Positions 49,643 through 62,810 of a DNA stretch of 64,000 nt are shown here, piece after piece (position 1 is the stretch's first letter; each line of letters starts with the position of its first letter). Source of the stretch: Octopus sinensis (lineage: Eukaryota). The notes under the pieces are model-generated. The model ran no database searches, was not told the origin of the DNA, and saw only the letters and a list, made by a program, of their open reading frames with translations. The position numbers were made by a program, and so were the translations under genes. The stretch covers positions 54,808,001 through 54,872,000 of the forward strand of contig NC_043002.1 in assembly GCF_006345805.1 (NCBI RefSeq). The letters run 5' to 3'.

Positions 49643-50011
49643 ATGTGTGTGTGCATGTGTGTGTTCTTGGCTTTCACCCAGGCAGCCAGTGTTCAATTTC
49701 TGGCATCGAAACACGTTTTCAAAGCGGTGCTCCAGTATGGCCGTTAAATGACTGAAACAAGTAAAAAAAAAAATAAAAGAATATATAGTTATCTTTTTTA
49801 TCTTTTATCTTTTACCTGTTTCAGTCATTAGACTCTGGCCACGCTGGGGCAATATATATATATATATACATTGTTCGAAAATCATTAAGAAAACTAAAAG
49901 ACAGAGAGAACAATAGGCAGTTGCGCATGGGGATGCAGGGGGAGGAGTACACACACACAGATAGATATACATGTTGGTTCATTCAGGGAAGCTTTATATT
50001 GTATGGAAAGT

Positions 50012-50044
<33 letters not shown>

Positions 50045-51208
50045 ACAGACAGAGGGAGAGAGAAAGAGAAACAGACAGAGGGAGAGAGAGAGAGAGTAAA
50101 AGAGCGATATTAAGAAAGTTACAACACGAGGTGCAAGACGAGTGCACACACTAGGCTTGGTGGAAGGCAATGAGTAAAGGAATGTTTTACACACACACTT
50201 ACAGTCAGAGACAAAGTAAGAGAAGGTGGAGAAAAAGTAGTAGTAGTAGGAGGAGGAGGAGGAGGAGGAAATGAGAGTGTGGTTATGGCAGGAATTATAT
50301 GAGAAATTTGTTTTATTTGAAAATATTTTAAGGTAATAGATATTTTTTCTTTTTTGAAAATTAGAATTCATTTCATCATTTTGTGTTTGGAGCAAGAAAT
50401 CTGATAAAAGTCAAAATATAATTATGGTATGTCTGCCATATTTCGGTGCTGTACCTGTTTCTGCAAACATTCTCTTATGTTTTTAATTATTCAAGTTCTT
50501 CCTTTGAGAAAGAAGCTGGTTTCTAACAAAGATACAAAACTCCATTGCTGGAATGTAGAAAACAATGTCAAATTTTAAACTTGAGAAAAGTCTTGCATAT
50601 TTTTATTGTTCCACTGACAGATTGTATTTGTAATGTGCAAATCAGTTGGTCGATTTTTTTTTCTGAAACAACAGCTTATCTCCAGATCGTTACTTAGACA
50701 TTTACTCACCTGGTATGTATGTATGTGTATGTATGTATGTATGTATGTATGTATGTATGTATGTATGTATGTATGTATGTATGTATGTATGTACGTACGT
50801 ACATACGTATGTATGTATGGATGGATGGATGTTCGTATCTATGTATGTATGTATGTATGTACATATGTATGAATGTATGTACGTACTATGTATGTATGTA
50901 TGTATGCATGTATGTATTATGTATGTACGTACGTATGTATGTACATATGTATGTACGTATGTATATGTATACGTGTATATACGTACGTATGTATGTATAT
51001 ATGTATGTACGTATGTATGTATCTATGTATGTACGTATGTATGTACATATGTATGTATGTATGTATGTATGTACATATGAATGTATGTGCATACGTGTGC
51101 ATGTATGTACATATGCATATATGTATGTATGTATGTACGTACGTATGTATGTATGTATGTATGTATGTATGTACATATGTATCTATGTATGTACGTACGT
51201 ATGTATGT

Positions 51209-52478
51209 ACTAGCTGTTGGACCTGGCGTTGCTCGTGTTTTCTGTGTTGAAGTTAAGCCCACCTCTGACCTTGTATTGAAATCTACATTCCCCGTGCCAA
51301 CTGTTACACATTAAGATGTTATATGTGGTTCGGCAGGGATTTTACCCGGTTAATGCTTTTGACATACTCTTACATATTGGACCGTCTGCAATCGCAGTCA
51401 AACTTTCGGGTGTACCATGACCCGTTGAGAGTGAAGTATGTTTATTTCTCTCTCCTTAATGCCACCCTCTATACAAAATTGATCAGCATGCCCAATCTTA
51501 GCAAAATCTAAAGAAAAGGTTATGTCATAAAATAGAATCCATGTGACCATTTACATGAAAATATCCCATTGACTTTTAAATCCCAATACATTATATTAAT
51601 AATTGATGTTTAACACGTCGAAGTGCTTAATTTTACTCAAGGGTCAATTTTCTTCAAAATCAGTTCATTATTTTATTGTGAGTGAATTTTGATGATTTCA
51701 GCCTTTCACCAGTTTAATTCAAATTCTACTATATGACTCTGGCTATAAACTTTACCTAAATGTCAAATTTCATCAAAATCGGATGAATTCTCTAAAAGTT
51801 ACAGCATAAAATATTAATCCTATGGGTAATTGCACACAAAAAGCTTATTGATTTCATGCTGGCATCAACTAATGGACATGAACTGTAATTACGCGTAAAA
51901 TTTCTACAAAATCGATATGAATGTCCCTAAGGAAATACTTATTTGCATTTGTGCTCTTTTCAAGCCCCTTTGGATGAAATAAACACCTTTACCGTCTCCC
52001 GCACCACAAAATTTACCTACAACTCAAATTTCATTAAAATCGAATAAAAAATATAAAAATTACAGTCAAAAATAAAATCCCTATGGGTATTTGCATGCAA
52101 AAGGCCTATTGATTTTATAAAACCACTGCTCAGGTGCAATTATCAATTTTTTTTGTCAACGCCATATACTGACACCGACTCACTGCCATGAGCCTCCCCC
52201 ACTCATCGATTTTCATCAAAATCGGACAAAAAATGCAAAAGCTGCAGGAAAAATAACACCATTATGGGAATTTCCATTCAAACGCCCGATTGAGCTCACA
52301 AAAATCGATGCCAACTGAGCATTATCGAGTTTTCGAAAAATTCCGGTCTTATTTGAACTTCAGGGCATGTGATCTACCAATGTAACCAAAATCATTAAAA
52401 TCGGTTGGATGGTGTGGGAGGAGTTAGAGTAACACAAAACACACAGACAGACACCATTACACATTTATGTATATAGAT
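51209..52478 (+). mobile_element. Helentron/DINE-1/Lep1-like non-autonomous element with internal subrepeats, inserted in (TATG)n
   Basis: Starts T|ACTAGCTGTTGGACCTGGCGTTGCTCG. Repeated aaatttcatcaaaatcgg..ctatggg..ttgca modules (about 51765, 51895, 52022, 52205, 52390). Ends aaaatcggttggatggtgtgggaggagtt..acagacagacacc..tttatgtatatagat. Confidence 0.6.
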
Positions 52479-52819
52479 GTATGTATGTACGTATGCATGC
52501 ATGTGTGTGCGTATGTATATGTGTGTGTGTATATGTATATGTGTGTATGCATGCATGTGTGTGTATGTATATGTGTATATATCTACACATGTATGCATGT
52601 ATGTATATATATATATATATATGTATACATGCATGTATGTTTGTGTACGTATGTATGTATGTACGTACGTACGTATGTATGTATGTATGTATGTACGTAC
52701 GTACATATGTATGTATGTGTGTACGTATGTGTGTATGTATGAATGCATGCATGCATATATGTTAAGAGGTCCTTAACTGAACGATTTCTTTATAACTCAA
52801 TTTGAATTATAAAAATATC

Positions 52820-53205
52820 TACAGGAGTGACTGTGTGGTAAGTAGCTTGTTTACCAACCACATGGTTCTGGGTTCAGTCCCACTGCATGGCACCTTGGGC
52901 AAGTGTCTTCTACTATAGCCTCAAGCCGACCAAAGCCTTGTGAGTGGATTTGGTAGACGGAAACTGAAAGAATCCCATCGTATATATGTATATATATATA
53001 TATGCGTGTGTATGTTTGTGTGTCTGTGTTTGTCCCCCTAGCATTGCTTGACAACCGATGCTGGTGTGTTTATGTCTCCGTTACTTAGCGGTTCGGCAAA
53101 AAGAGACCGATAGAATAAGTACTGGGCTTACAAAAGAATAAGTCCTGGGGTCGAGTTGCTCGATTAAAGGCATGGCCGCACTCAAATTAAACAAGTAAAA
53201 GAGTA
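52820..53205 (+). mobile_element. CORE-type SINE family A
   Basis: Full-length match to 5912-6313. Confidence 0.85.
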
Positions 53206-53935
53206 AGTTTTATCCCATTATAAATTTCAGTGATGTTTCTCTGTCTGTTATGTTATTATGTTCGTTAACTCCTTCTAGACTGTGGTGCAGGGACAATGAA
53301 ACTCAAGCCAGCAACTCCTCTAATCCCAGGGAATGTCTTAAGAGGGGTCTATTTTTTTTAAGGGCCGTCTAATTGGGGACCCATTGACCCCCTATTTTTA
53401 CTGCATTTTAGACTAAATACATGGCATTGGCGACCAAATTGGAACAATGACAATGAATTTCATACCATGAACTTCAAAGGTGTATCATAAGGAAGTTCAA
53501 TTCCTGAAGAGCTGCTCAAATGGGGTCCCGCTGACCATCCCACCTATTTTTACTGCATTTATTTTGCTCCTAAGCCTATTGATTAACCTATGATCATCAT
53601 CAGTGCTTAGCACATTTGCAGAAATAAGCTTGGTCTTTCTAAATACCTTCATGTACTGTCAAATTGAGATAGAGACTTATAACAGGTACATTTCAGGTGT
53701 AGTAGTGGGGATATTTAGATTTTGTAATTTATAAAATTTATGTCTAGTATTTTCAAATTTCTGACAGATTCAAACTAAGAAAAAAAAAAAAAATGTAGCT
53801 TCCTAAGTTAAAGCTTCTAATCTGGAAATTTGATTTTGTCAGGGATTTATTCATTCGAGTAAAATTCTTCAAGGTGGTGCTCCAGCATGGCCATGGTCTA
53901 ATGATAAACAAGTAAAAGATGTATATATATATATG

Positions 53936-54024
<89 letters not shown>

Positions 54025-54028
<4 letters not shown>

Positions 54029-54158
54029 TTACCAACCACATGGTTCTGGGTTTAGTCCCACTGCGTGGTACCTTGGGCAAGTGTCTTCTACTATAGCCTC
54101 AGGCTAACCAAAGCCTTGTGAGTGGATTTGATAGATGGAAACTGAAAGAAGCCTATTG

Positions 54159-54222
<64 letters not shown>

Positions 54223-54410
54223 TGTTTGTCACCCCAATTTCGCTTGACAACCGATGTTGGTGTGTTTATGTCCTCATAACTTAGCAGTTCGGCAAAAGAG
54301 ACCAATAGAATAAGTACTAGGCTTACAAAGAATAAGTCCTGGGGGTCGACTTGTTCGACTAAAAAGCGATGCTGCAGCATGGCCGCAGTCAAAATGACTG
54401 AAACAAATAC
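54025..54410 (+). mobile_element. CORE-type SINE family A (head truncated by (TA)n)
   Basis: gcttaccaaccacatgg...ccttgggcaagtgtcttct...gactgaaacaaa. Confidence 0.85.
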
Positions 54411-54565
54411 AAGAAGAAAATAATATACAGATGCAGATTGACATTTGCTAGTTTCGATAGATTTTTTAACCCAAAACACTAAAAAAATTACAGAAATCCT
54501 GTATTTTTCCATTACTTCCTTAAAAATTTGAAACAAATTTTCACAAACATATAAGAAGGAAGAGT

Positions 54566-54630
54566 TTCTTCTTCTTCTTCTTCTTCTTCTTCTTCTTCTT
54601 CTTCTTCTTCTTCTTCTTCTTCTTCTTCTT
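54566..54630. repeat. (CTT)n microsatellite
   Basis: Directly visible. Confidence 0.95.
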
Positions 54631-54831
54631 CTATTTCTTTAAAATGATTTATTGGTTTTTAGGGAAACATCATAAAGTTTTTGACAATAGCCATGCCACT
54701 CTCCTTTTCTCTCTCTTTCTCTTCCCTTACACTCCTTTACTCTCTCTTTCTCACAGTTTAAACTTTTTAATGTTAACTCTGTGCTATTAAATATGATACA
54801 TACATACAAATATACACCAATCTATCAGTAT

Positions 54832-54833
54832 AC

Positions 54834-54927
<94 letters not shown>

Positions 54928-54956
54928 GTATGTCTGTCTGTCTACTTATCTATCTA

Positions 54957-54989
<33 letters not shown>

Positions 54990-55019
54990 GTCTGTCTGTC
55001 TATCTATCTACCTACATAC

Positions 55020-55073
<54 letters not shown>

Positions 55074-55078
55074 GTCTG

Positions 55079-55142
<64 letters not shown>
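54832..55142. repeat. (TATC)n microsatellite; another at 55550-55648
   Basis: Directly visible. Confidence 0.95.
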
Positions 55143-55573
55143 ATCTGTCTGTCTGCCTTTCCATCTATACATTCCCGCTCTCTCTATCTATCAATCTCTC
55201 TATCAGTCTGTGTGTCTATCTACCCCCCCCCCCACCACATACATGTCTATTCAGTAGTTTTATATTCTTCCTAGTTGGTGTTTTTTTCTTCTTTTGTAGT
55301 TGTTGGTCTTGTTTATTTACTTCTTTAAAAAAATTATTACATAAAACATGCATTTATAAATGTGGTTGTCATTCACACACATATATGTGTATAATGGGTG
55401 GGCAAATCAATGGGTGTATGTTCATTTGCATATAAGCATGCCTGTATATATATGTATATATATATATATATATATATAGTAATAGTAATAATATGACAAC
55501 AAAAGGATGAATGAGACCTCGATAGAGGAATTTATCTCTCTATCTCTCTATTATCTATCTATCTATCTATCTA

Positions 55574-55648
<75 letters not shown>

Positions 55649-55666
55649 ATGTATGTATATATATAT

Positions 55667-55859
55667 TATAGGAAAATCAGTAAGTTGTCATAATAATACT
55701 CAGAGTTTCCAGTACTGGAGCTGAGAGCTTCTAGACATTTTTCATCAGTTATAAAGACAAGAAAAGCGTTTCTTGTCTTTAATAACTGACGAAAAATGTC
55801 TAGAAGCTCTCAACTCCATTATTGGAGTATTTTTTATGACAACTTACTGATTGTCCTAT

Positions 55860-55860
<1 letters not shown>
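55667..55860. repeat. Long near-perfect hairpin (arms about 90 bp, 4-nt loop) between TA runs
   Basis: 55675-55764 vs the reverse complement of 55769-55852, loop agcg; an 8-nt indel and a few mismatches. Confidence 0.9.
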
Positions 55861-55896
<36 letters not shown>

Positions 55897-57984
55897 GCAT
55901 ATTTAAATGCATGCATATGTACGTATGCACATACATAGGTACATTCATACATAGATACATACATACATGTATATATACATATAAATGCCTGCATAAAAAA
56001 AAAATTTATGTCTGTATGTTTGTATAAAAAAAAAAAGGAAACCAAGAAAGTAAACTTGTTTCGTCATTTTGACAAGCAAATATTGAAATATCGATAACAG
56101 CGACAGCTATGATGATGATGATGACGATGATGATGATGTTGATATTTCTGTTTATCCAATCAAGATAACAAAAAAACCCACACTCAGTGATATCCACTTT
56201 CCACCATTTATTTCTCTCTCTGCTCATGATCTCTCTCTCTCTCTTTCCTTTTTCTTCTTCGTCTTATTTTTTCTTTCATTTGATATAATTGTCGTCTTTA
56301 CTCCACCCCCTCAAACACCGAGTCACTGCTGCTGCTGCTGCTGTTTTACTCTCACCCTGCCGTTACTATGCGACAAGATGTTATTAATGGTCAACAGACC
56401 TAAATCCATCCAAACTGCTTGATCTGATGTTTCTCCGACCTCCGCCCATTCCAGCTCCTGGGGGCTAACCATTTATTTCCCCCTCCACTTACGTCTGTAA
56501 ATCTCAACATTTTCAGAAATTTTAATTAAAACTACCCAACTTCCTTTTCTTTTCTACTCTAGGTACAAGGCCTGAAATTTTTGGGGTAGGGGGCCAGTCA
56601 ATTAGATTGACCCCAGTACGCAACTGGTACTTAATTTATCGACCCCCAAAAAGATGAAAGCAAAGTCGATCCGGCGTGTCCATGTTTTTGGCAGCTTGCT
56701 GCCTTTCACCAACTTCCTTTTAAGGCAACAAATTATTTTCAATGTATATGTTAATATTTCAACTTGAGAATCAGGAAGTAAAGCAGAGTAAGAGAAGGGA
56801 ATATAGGGAAGTGGTGGAGCAACAGGTGGTAAGCGAAGTGCGATCGGGTTGCAAAGGGTTTGCAAACCAGTTCCTTTATAGAACTTACAACATGTTGGAC
56901 ATTAGAGCGACCTGAAAACAGAAGGCCATCATGTTGAGTGTGGAGAAAGCAGTGGTTGCCTGAAGATGACTGTGGATGAGGAGGTGTGAGCCCTGGAATA
57001 GTCAGTGTTAACTGGGCATAAACTGGGGCTTGATCGACCCTGGTTGGATAATCTGAGGTTGAAAGGCACGAAACGCCTAATGACCCTCAGGAAACATTAC
57101 TGATGATGTGACCAAGTGCACCACAGGATGATGTAGGGGAAAATAGGCTTAAACTATTTTGAATAATACATAGAACTCACAGCAAAAGTGTTGAGTGCTC
57201 TTTACCCTTTCTTTCGTATAGCTGGAGGCTATAATGAGAGACACTTGCCCAAGGTACCATGCAGTGGACTGAACCTGGAACCATGTGGTTGGGAAACAAA
57301 CTTTCTGTTTTTTCAATAATTGCATTAATTCAGTTGCAAAAACGTCTTTGATATGTTCTGGTTTTATTAATTATGGATAAGACTTTCAGAAAAAGGCATA
57401 AAAATTGCTCACAATTTTATTTTCTTTCTACTTTTTATTTATTTATTTATTTATTTATTTTCTTTTAATCTGGAGGCATTGCTAATAAGAAACCAACAGG
57501 TTTGACATTGGAATTGAACGATTCCATTTCCCTTAAGAATATAGTTCCAGCATCTCCATTTGTTCCCTAGCTTCATGCTGCCAATTAATGAAATATTATT
57601 CCCAGATTGCAGCGTGGACGGTGTTTATAAGCCATTTAAGAAACACACAAAATCTGTTAGATTCACTTCAACATTGAAATTTAATTTGTCAAAATGTTTC
57701 CGTCGCTTTGAGACCGCGACCTGCGAAAACTAAAGGGAAGCTCTGGGTTAACCAGTCTGTGGCTCAAGTTGGGGCATGTAGTTGAAAGCACATCATTTTA
57801 CATCATAGCGCTAATACTATGTAATAAGGGACCAGGCTTGATGCAGAATGTAAATCTCGCGTCCATTGGTGACAGGTTCAGACCAGATGTGAAATGAAAT
57901 AAACCTCACCTGCATCACAAACTGTTCTATGTGATGCCCCAGCATGGCCGCAGTCAAAAAAATATACCGGTATACATATATATA

Positions 57985-58200
57985 TTCTTTTCTACTCTAG
58001 GCATAAGACCCGAAATTTTGGGGGGAGGGGGCTAGTCAATAAGATCGATCCAGTGTGTAACTGGTACTTAATTTATCGATCCCAAAGGGATGACAGGCAA
58101 AGTCGACTGCGGCAGAAGCTGAACTCAGAATGTAAAGACAGACGAAATACGGCTAAGCATTTCAGCTGGCGTGCTAACGTTTCTGCCAGCCCGTCGCCTT
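57985..58200 (-). mobile_element. SINE family B; partial copies also at 42693-42797(+) and 56545-56670(-)
   Basis: ctggtacttaatttatcgatcccaaagggatgacaggcaaagtcgac...tttctgccagcccgtcgcc. Confidence 0.8.
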
Positions 58201-58290
58201 AATGTATGTATATACATATATATATAAAAGGCATGTATGTATGAATGTACCTATGTATATATGTATGTACGTATATATGCATGCATATAA

Positions 58291-58328
<38 letters not shown>

Positions 58329-58336
58329 TATATGTT

Positions 58337-58373
<37 letters not shown>

Positions 58374-58412
58374 GTATTAAAACCGAAAAATCTCCTCGTA
58401 TATCTATCTACC

Positions 58413-58483
<71 letters not shown>

Positions 58484-58492
58484 TATATATAG

Positions 58493-58584
<92 letters not shown>

Positions 58585-58739
58585 ACATACAAATATACGT
58601 GTGTAGGTTCGTATGTATCTGTATGCATGTGTGTGTGTGTGGTGTGTGTATATATATGATGTACTTATAGATACGCTTATATGAAAAGAAAAATAAGATA
58701 AAAACATAATTCTTTGCCAAAGAGGTTCCTTCCCACCCT

Positions 58740-58961
58740 CTGTATGTGGTTCCTTTCTGTTCTGGTCTGATTATCGGTAAGATGGCGACCCGGTTTCGAT
58801 TCTCCGAACGAAAACTTGTTCTCTTCCCTTTAAACATTTGAAGTGAAGCATGACGACTCACCCCACCCCTCGTCTCTACATCACGTTTAATCTCCGTCTG
58901 CCTATCTTTGTCTCTTCTCCTCCTCCTCCTCCCCCGCCCGCGACACCTCCTCTCTCCGTCT
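58740..58961 (+). promoter_or_regulatory. Candidate CpG-rich promoter / non-coding first exon of the FOG/Ush-like gene
   Basis: Local CpG enrichment in non-repeat sequence, YY1-like AAGATGGCG at 58779-58787, and a consensus donor GTAAGT at 58962-58967 that could splice to the acceptor at 60286. Confidence 0.4.
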
Positions 58962-60299
58962 GTAAGTCTTAAGACTAACATCATTCGTTATGACCTTTCT
59001 CGACGTCCCCGCTCTCCATTGCTGTCGCCTCGCAAGTGCCTGGCAATTGCCTCACAACAAAACATTAGCTGGTGGCTATGGGATGCTGAAGTGTGTAGTA
59101 AGACCGTGTAGTAGTTGTTGATGTTGTTGTTGTCGTTATCATAAGGACATATTAGATAAGAAGAGTGTGTGAGCGAGAGGTGAGGGGCAAGGGTGGAGCG
59201 CGCGGGAGAGAGAGAGAGAGGGCGGGATGGGGAGAAGGGAATGGAGAAATTTATAGACTCATAGTGTCGATGGCCAAGATGGTGGATAATGAAAGAGGAC
59301 GATGAGGAAGAGGTGAAGGAGGAGGTAGATAATGTGAGGTGGAGGGAGAGAGAGAGGAGGAGGAAAGCGAAAGAAGAAACAGGCTGAAAGGAAAAGACAA
59401 GAAAAAGAAACAACAAACACCAACAACAGCAGACGATAGAGTCGAGGTGGGAGGAGAGAGCGAGAGAGGTGGAGGGAAAGGGAGAGAAGAAAAACTATAG
59501 AGGTGTTGTGGTAGTGGTTGTGGTGGTGAAGAAGACGGATGTTGGGGAAAAGAAAGAGAGGGAGGGACAGGGTGTGTTGATGTGAAGAAAAACGAAGACG
59601 GGAACCAAGAAAAAGGAGGAGGGAAGAAAACAAAGAAAAAGAAAGAGAAGGAGAATATAAAGAAAGAAAGAAAGAAAGAGGAGAATATAAAGAGAGAAAG
59701 AAAAGAAAGAGAATAAAGTGAGGGGAATGAAAAAGAGTAAGACAGAGAGAGAGAGAGAAAGAGGGAGAAACCTGTGATGAGTGATGACGACTTGGTAAAT
59801 GACAATATGCAAGAGGAGGAGGAGGAGGAGGGAAGCAAGTAATAAGGGCGCGGAGAGGGTGGTGGAGAAGGATGGGGTTGGGGTTAACGTGAAGCGAATG
59901 ATAAAGAAAAAAAAAGAAGAAAGTTGGATAAGAAAAAGAAATGAAACGAAGAAGAAAAGGAAGAAAAGTAGTAGTGGTGGTGGTGGTGGTGGTGGAACAG
60001 AATGAAGTGCAACAAGCTGTACTGCGATATATTAGAAAATGATAGATACAGGTTGAGGAAAAGAGGGAGGGGAAGAAGTAGAGAATCAGAGATAAAGATA
60101 GATAGATAAAGAGTGAGAGAGAGAGAGAGACTGGTGGGAGAAGAAGGCAAGTGATAGCAACAGCAGCAGCAGCAGCAGCTAGCCTGCTGCTGCAATAAAC
60201 ACTAGATGTAGTGGTGGTGGTAGTGGTGTTACCTGGCTCGCCAACATCCTCTATTACGCATGCTCATCATTTCATTTACTCTACAGGTGCTCCATCATC

Positions 60300-60339
60300 A
60301 TGTCGCGTCGAAAACAGTCCAATCCACGGCCTCTTCTTG
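60300..60339 (+). CDS. ush: First coding micro-exon of a FOG/U-shaped (ZFPM)-type C2H2 zinc-finger co-repressor, NuRD-binding peptide MSRRKQSNPRPLL; gene continues beyond the window
   Basis: Acceptor tgctcatcatttcatttactctacag|60287, ATG at 60300, 13 codons + 1 nt, then donor G|GTAAGT (60340). The first 10 residues are identical to vertebrate FOG1 MSRRKQSNPR. SALL, BCL11 and ZNF423/521 share MSRRKQxxP but differ at positions 7-8, so the orthology is likely but not proven. Confidence 0.75.
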
Positions 60340-60969
60340 GTAAGTCTGTTATCATTTGACAGTAAAAACCAGCAATAATTATCAATTTCATCCCCAAAAA
60401 AATATAATTGAGTTTTTCTCTTTTTAAAATGAATTTGTTGTTGTTATGTCTTGTCTTGTTTTGTCGGAAGGAGGAAGAGTTGGGTTGGATCAAATGTGGA
60501 TGGGAGGAAAACAGCCGTCATCGTCTCATTTAAAATCATTTCATCCTTCTTGAAAGTTAGAAGAAAAACATCAACAACAATAATAGGAATGATAATGTTA
60601 TCATCTCAACTAAATAATTAATTTAAGAGGCAATTATAATGATGATGGCGATGAGGGCAGTGATGGTATGTGTGTGTGTATTTATATGAACTACCTGTTG
60701 CATCTTTTATCCGTTCGCTCTAACTTGTATCTACGATATGTTTTTCAACAACATCCATAGTTTTTTTTATTTTTATTTTCAACTTTAAAAAAAAATCATG
60801 TTTTCTCCTTCCCTCATTAGGTCCCGTTTTTTTTTTTTAATCTTATTGAAATATCTATTTTAGCCATCGATATGTAATATTTGTTCTCTCCATCCCAAAT
60901 CAAAGTTATTCAACTTCAAAAACTAATATTTATTCCCCTCTCTCTCTCTCCTTCTCTCTCTCTCTCTCT

Positions 60970-61006
<37 letters not shown>

Positions 61007-62614
61007 AATTTAACTTGAAACTCGACTAAGTTCTTTTCTTATACATGATATTCTTCAACTAAAAATGAAACTACAGCTACATTTTACGTGAATATCTAAT
61101 TAGGAATGTGTTTACTACGTGTCCGACTAATATTAAAAAACTATTCATCTATAGTTTGCTCTGGTCAGTTTGTCCACCTCTCGGCTCTCTCCTCTCGCGG
61201 AATTTCCGCTGCTCTTTCTCTGTGTGTAATATGACACATCGCTCGCTGCTCTCTCGCAACCCACAAACCCAGACCTACCTTCTCGTCTCCTGCTATTGAA
61301 TACCACAGGAAGCGTCCTATTAAAGTAATAACAGTTATAAAACTAGGATGATGAAGACAATACAAATACTACTACTACTACTAATAATAATAATAATAAT
61401 GACTGGTGTTTAATCAAAAACTTTTGTTTTATCCTTGCAATTATCTACTTTCTGTTCCCCCCTCTCTCAATGTCCGTATTCCTGCACATCTTTCAAGTAG
61501 TTCCTTCGTCTACCAAAATGTCAAATTTACCTGACTAATTCATTAACTTTTCTTTTTTCGAAAATGCGAAGAACTCCTCTTAGTTGGATCTTTATATACT
61601 TTAAAAACTCACATCCCTTAGGTATTTCAATAAATATTCCAGAATTAATTAATGTGTGTGTGTTTAGGTGCGAATAATTTAAAGTTTCCTTCAATTCTCT
61701 TCTATGTTTGTCTTTTTTTCTAAAAACAATTCACTTATCGTCGATGAATTTCAATAAAAATAATCTGGAATTTCAAGTTATTTTATTTTTATTCAAATTT
61801 ATCGACAACTTTTCTGAATATATTCTCGTTAAACACTTATATAACGATATTATCATTCATCGAATTCTTTCATAAAAAAGATGAATGACTTTAATAATGA
61901 TGACGATGATGAATCTTTTGGCCATTTTAATGTTCAGGTGTTGAGTAAATTCTCTATGAAATAAGACACACTGCTGAGTGTAAATGATGTAGAATATAGA
62001 TGGTGGATTGTAAATACAGGGTGTATAGTATTGATGAGTTCGGTGTGTATGCAATTTTAGTATATATATATATATATATATGTAATGTTCAATGTGTGTG
62101 TGTGCATATCTTGATTGAGTACGTGTGTATAGTTCGTGGAAAATACTGATGCATATGGGATGATAACGAATGTGTGTGTGTATGTGTGTGTGGGCTGATT
62201 ACATCCGTGTTGGCTATTGTATATATTTGGTGTATATGTTTAAACATGTCTACACACCTGAGTAGTGAATGTTAACGTTGCGAAAATCTGAAGGGATCTT
62301 TAGGGATTACTGTGTCTTAGAACACAAAGATATTCCACTTGAACTTCTTTTCTTCGCGATGAGAGGTAAAAAAGGAGGGAATGTTAGATCGAGTCATTTC
62401 AATCCCCGATCGATAACTGGGTTAGGTTTGTTTGATAAATTATTTTTATAACTTTTTATCCATCATGTCTCTCTCCCTTTATCACTGCTGATATTTTACA
62501 GTATGAGGGTGGGCGCTTTTTTCATTTGTCTCGTTTTTTTTCTTCTTTCTTTTTCTGTATCCTAAAACTATAATCCGTTTCTGATGGGTGTGGACTAGCA
62601 AACCTTTGGCAAAA

Positions 62615-62810
62615 AATGAGTTATACCTGTAATTCAAAGGGTCAGCTTTGTCACATTCTGTGTCACGCTGAATCTCCCCGAGGACTACGTTAAGGGTACA
62701 CATATCTATGGAGTACTCAGCCACTTGCGCGTTGATTTTTATGAGCAGGCTGTTCCGTTGATCGGATCAAGTGGGACCGTCGTCATCGTAACAGACGGAG
62801 TGTCAGTATG
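62615..62810 (+). mobile_element. SINE-like repeat family E
   Basis: acctgtaattcaaagggtcagctttgtcacattctgtgtcacgctgaatctcccc. Confidence 0.7.

Noticed and set aside
56485-56495. Minus-strand donor-like AC|GTAAGT
   Set aside because: The upstream sequence on that strand is a SINE fragment with no open frame or acceptor.
59251-60195. Long Ser/Phe/Leu-rich minus-strand ORFs near the promoter
   Set aside because: They are translations of GA-rich low-complexity sequence in the presumed first intron.
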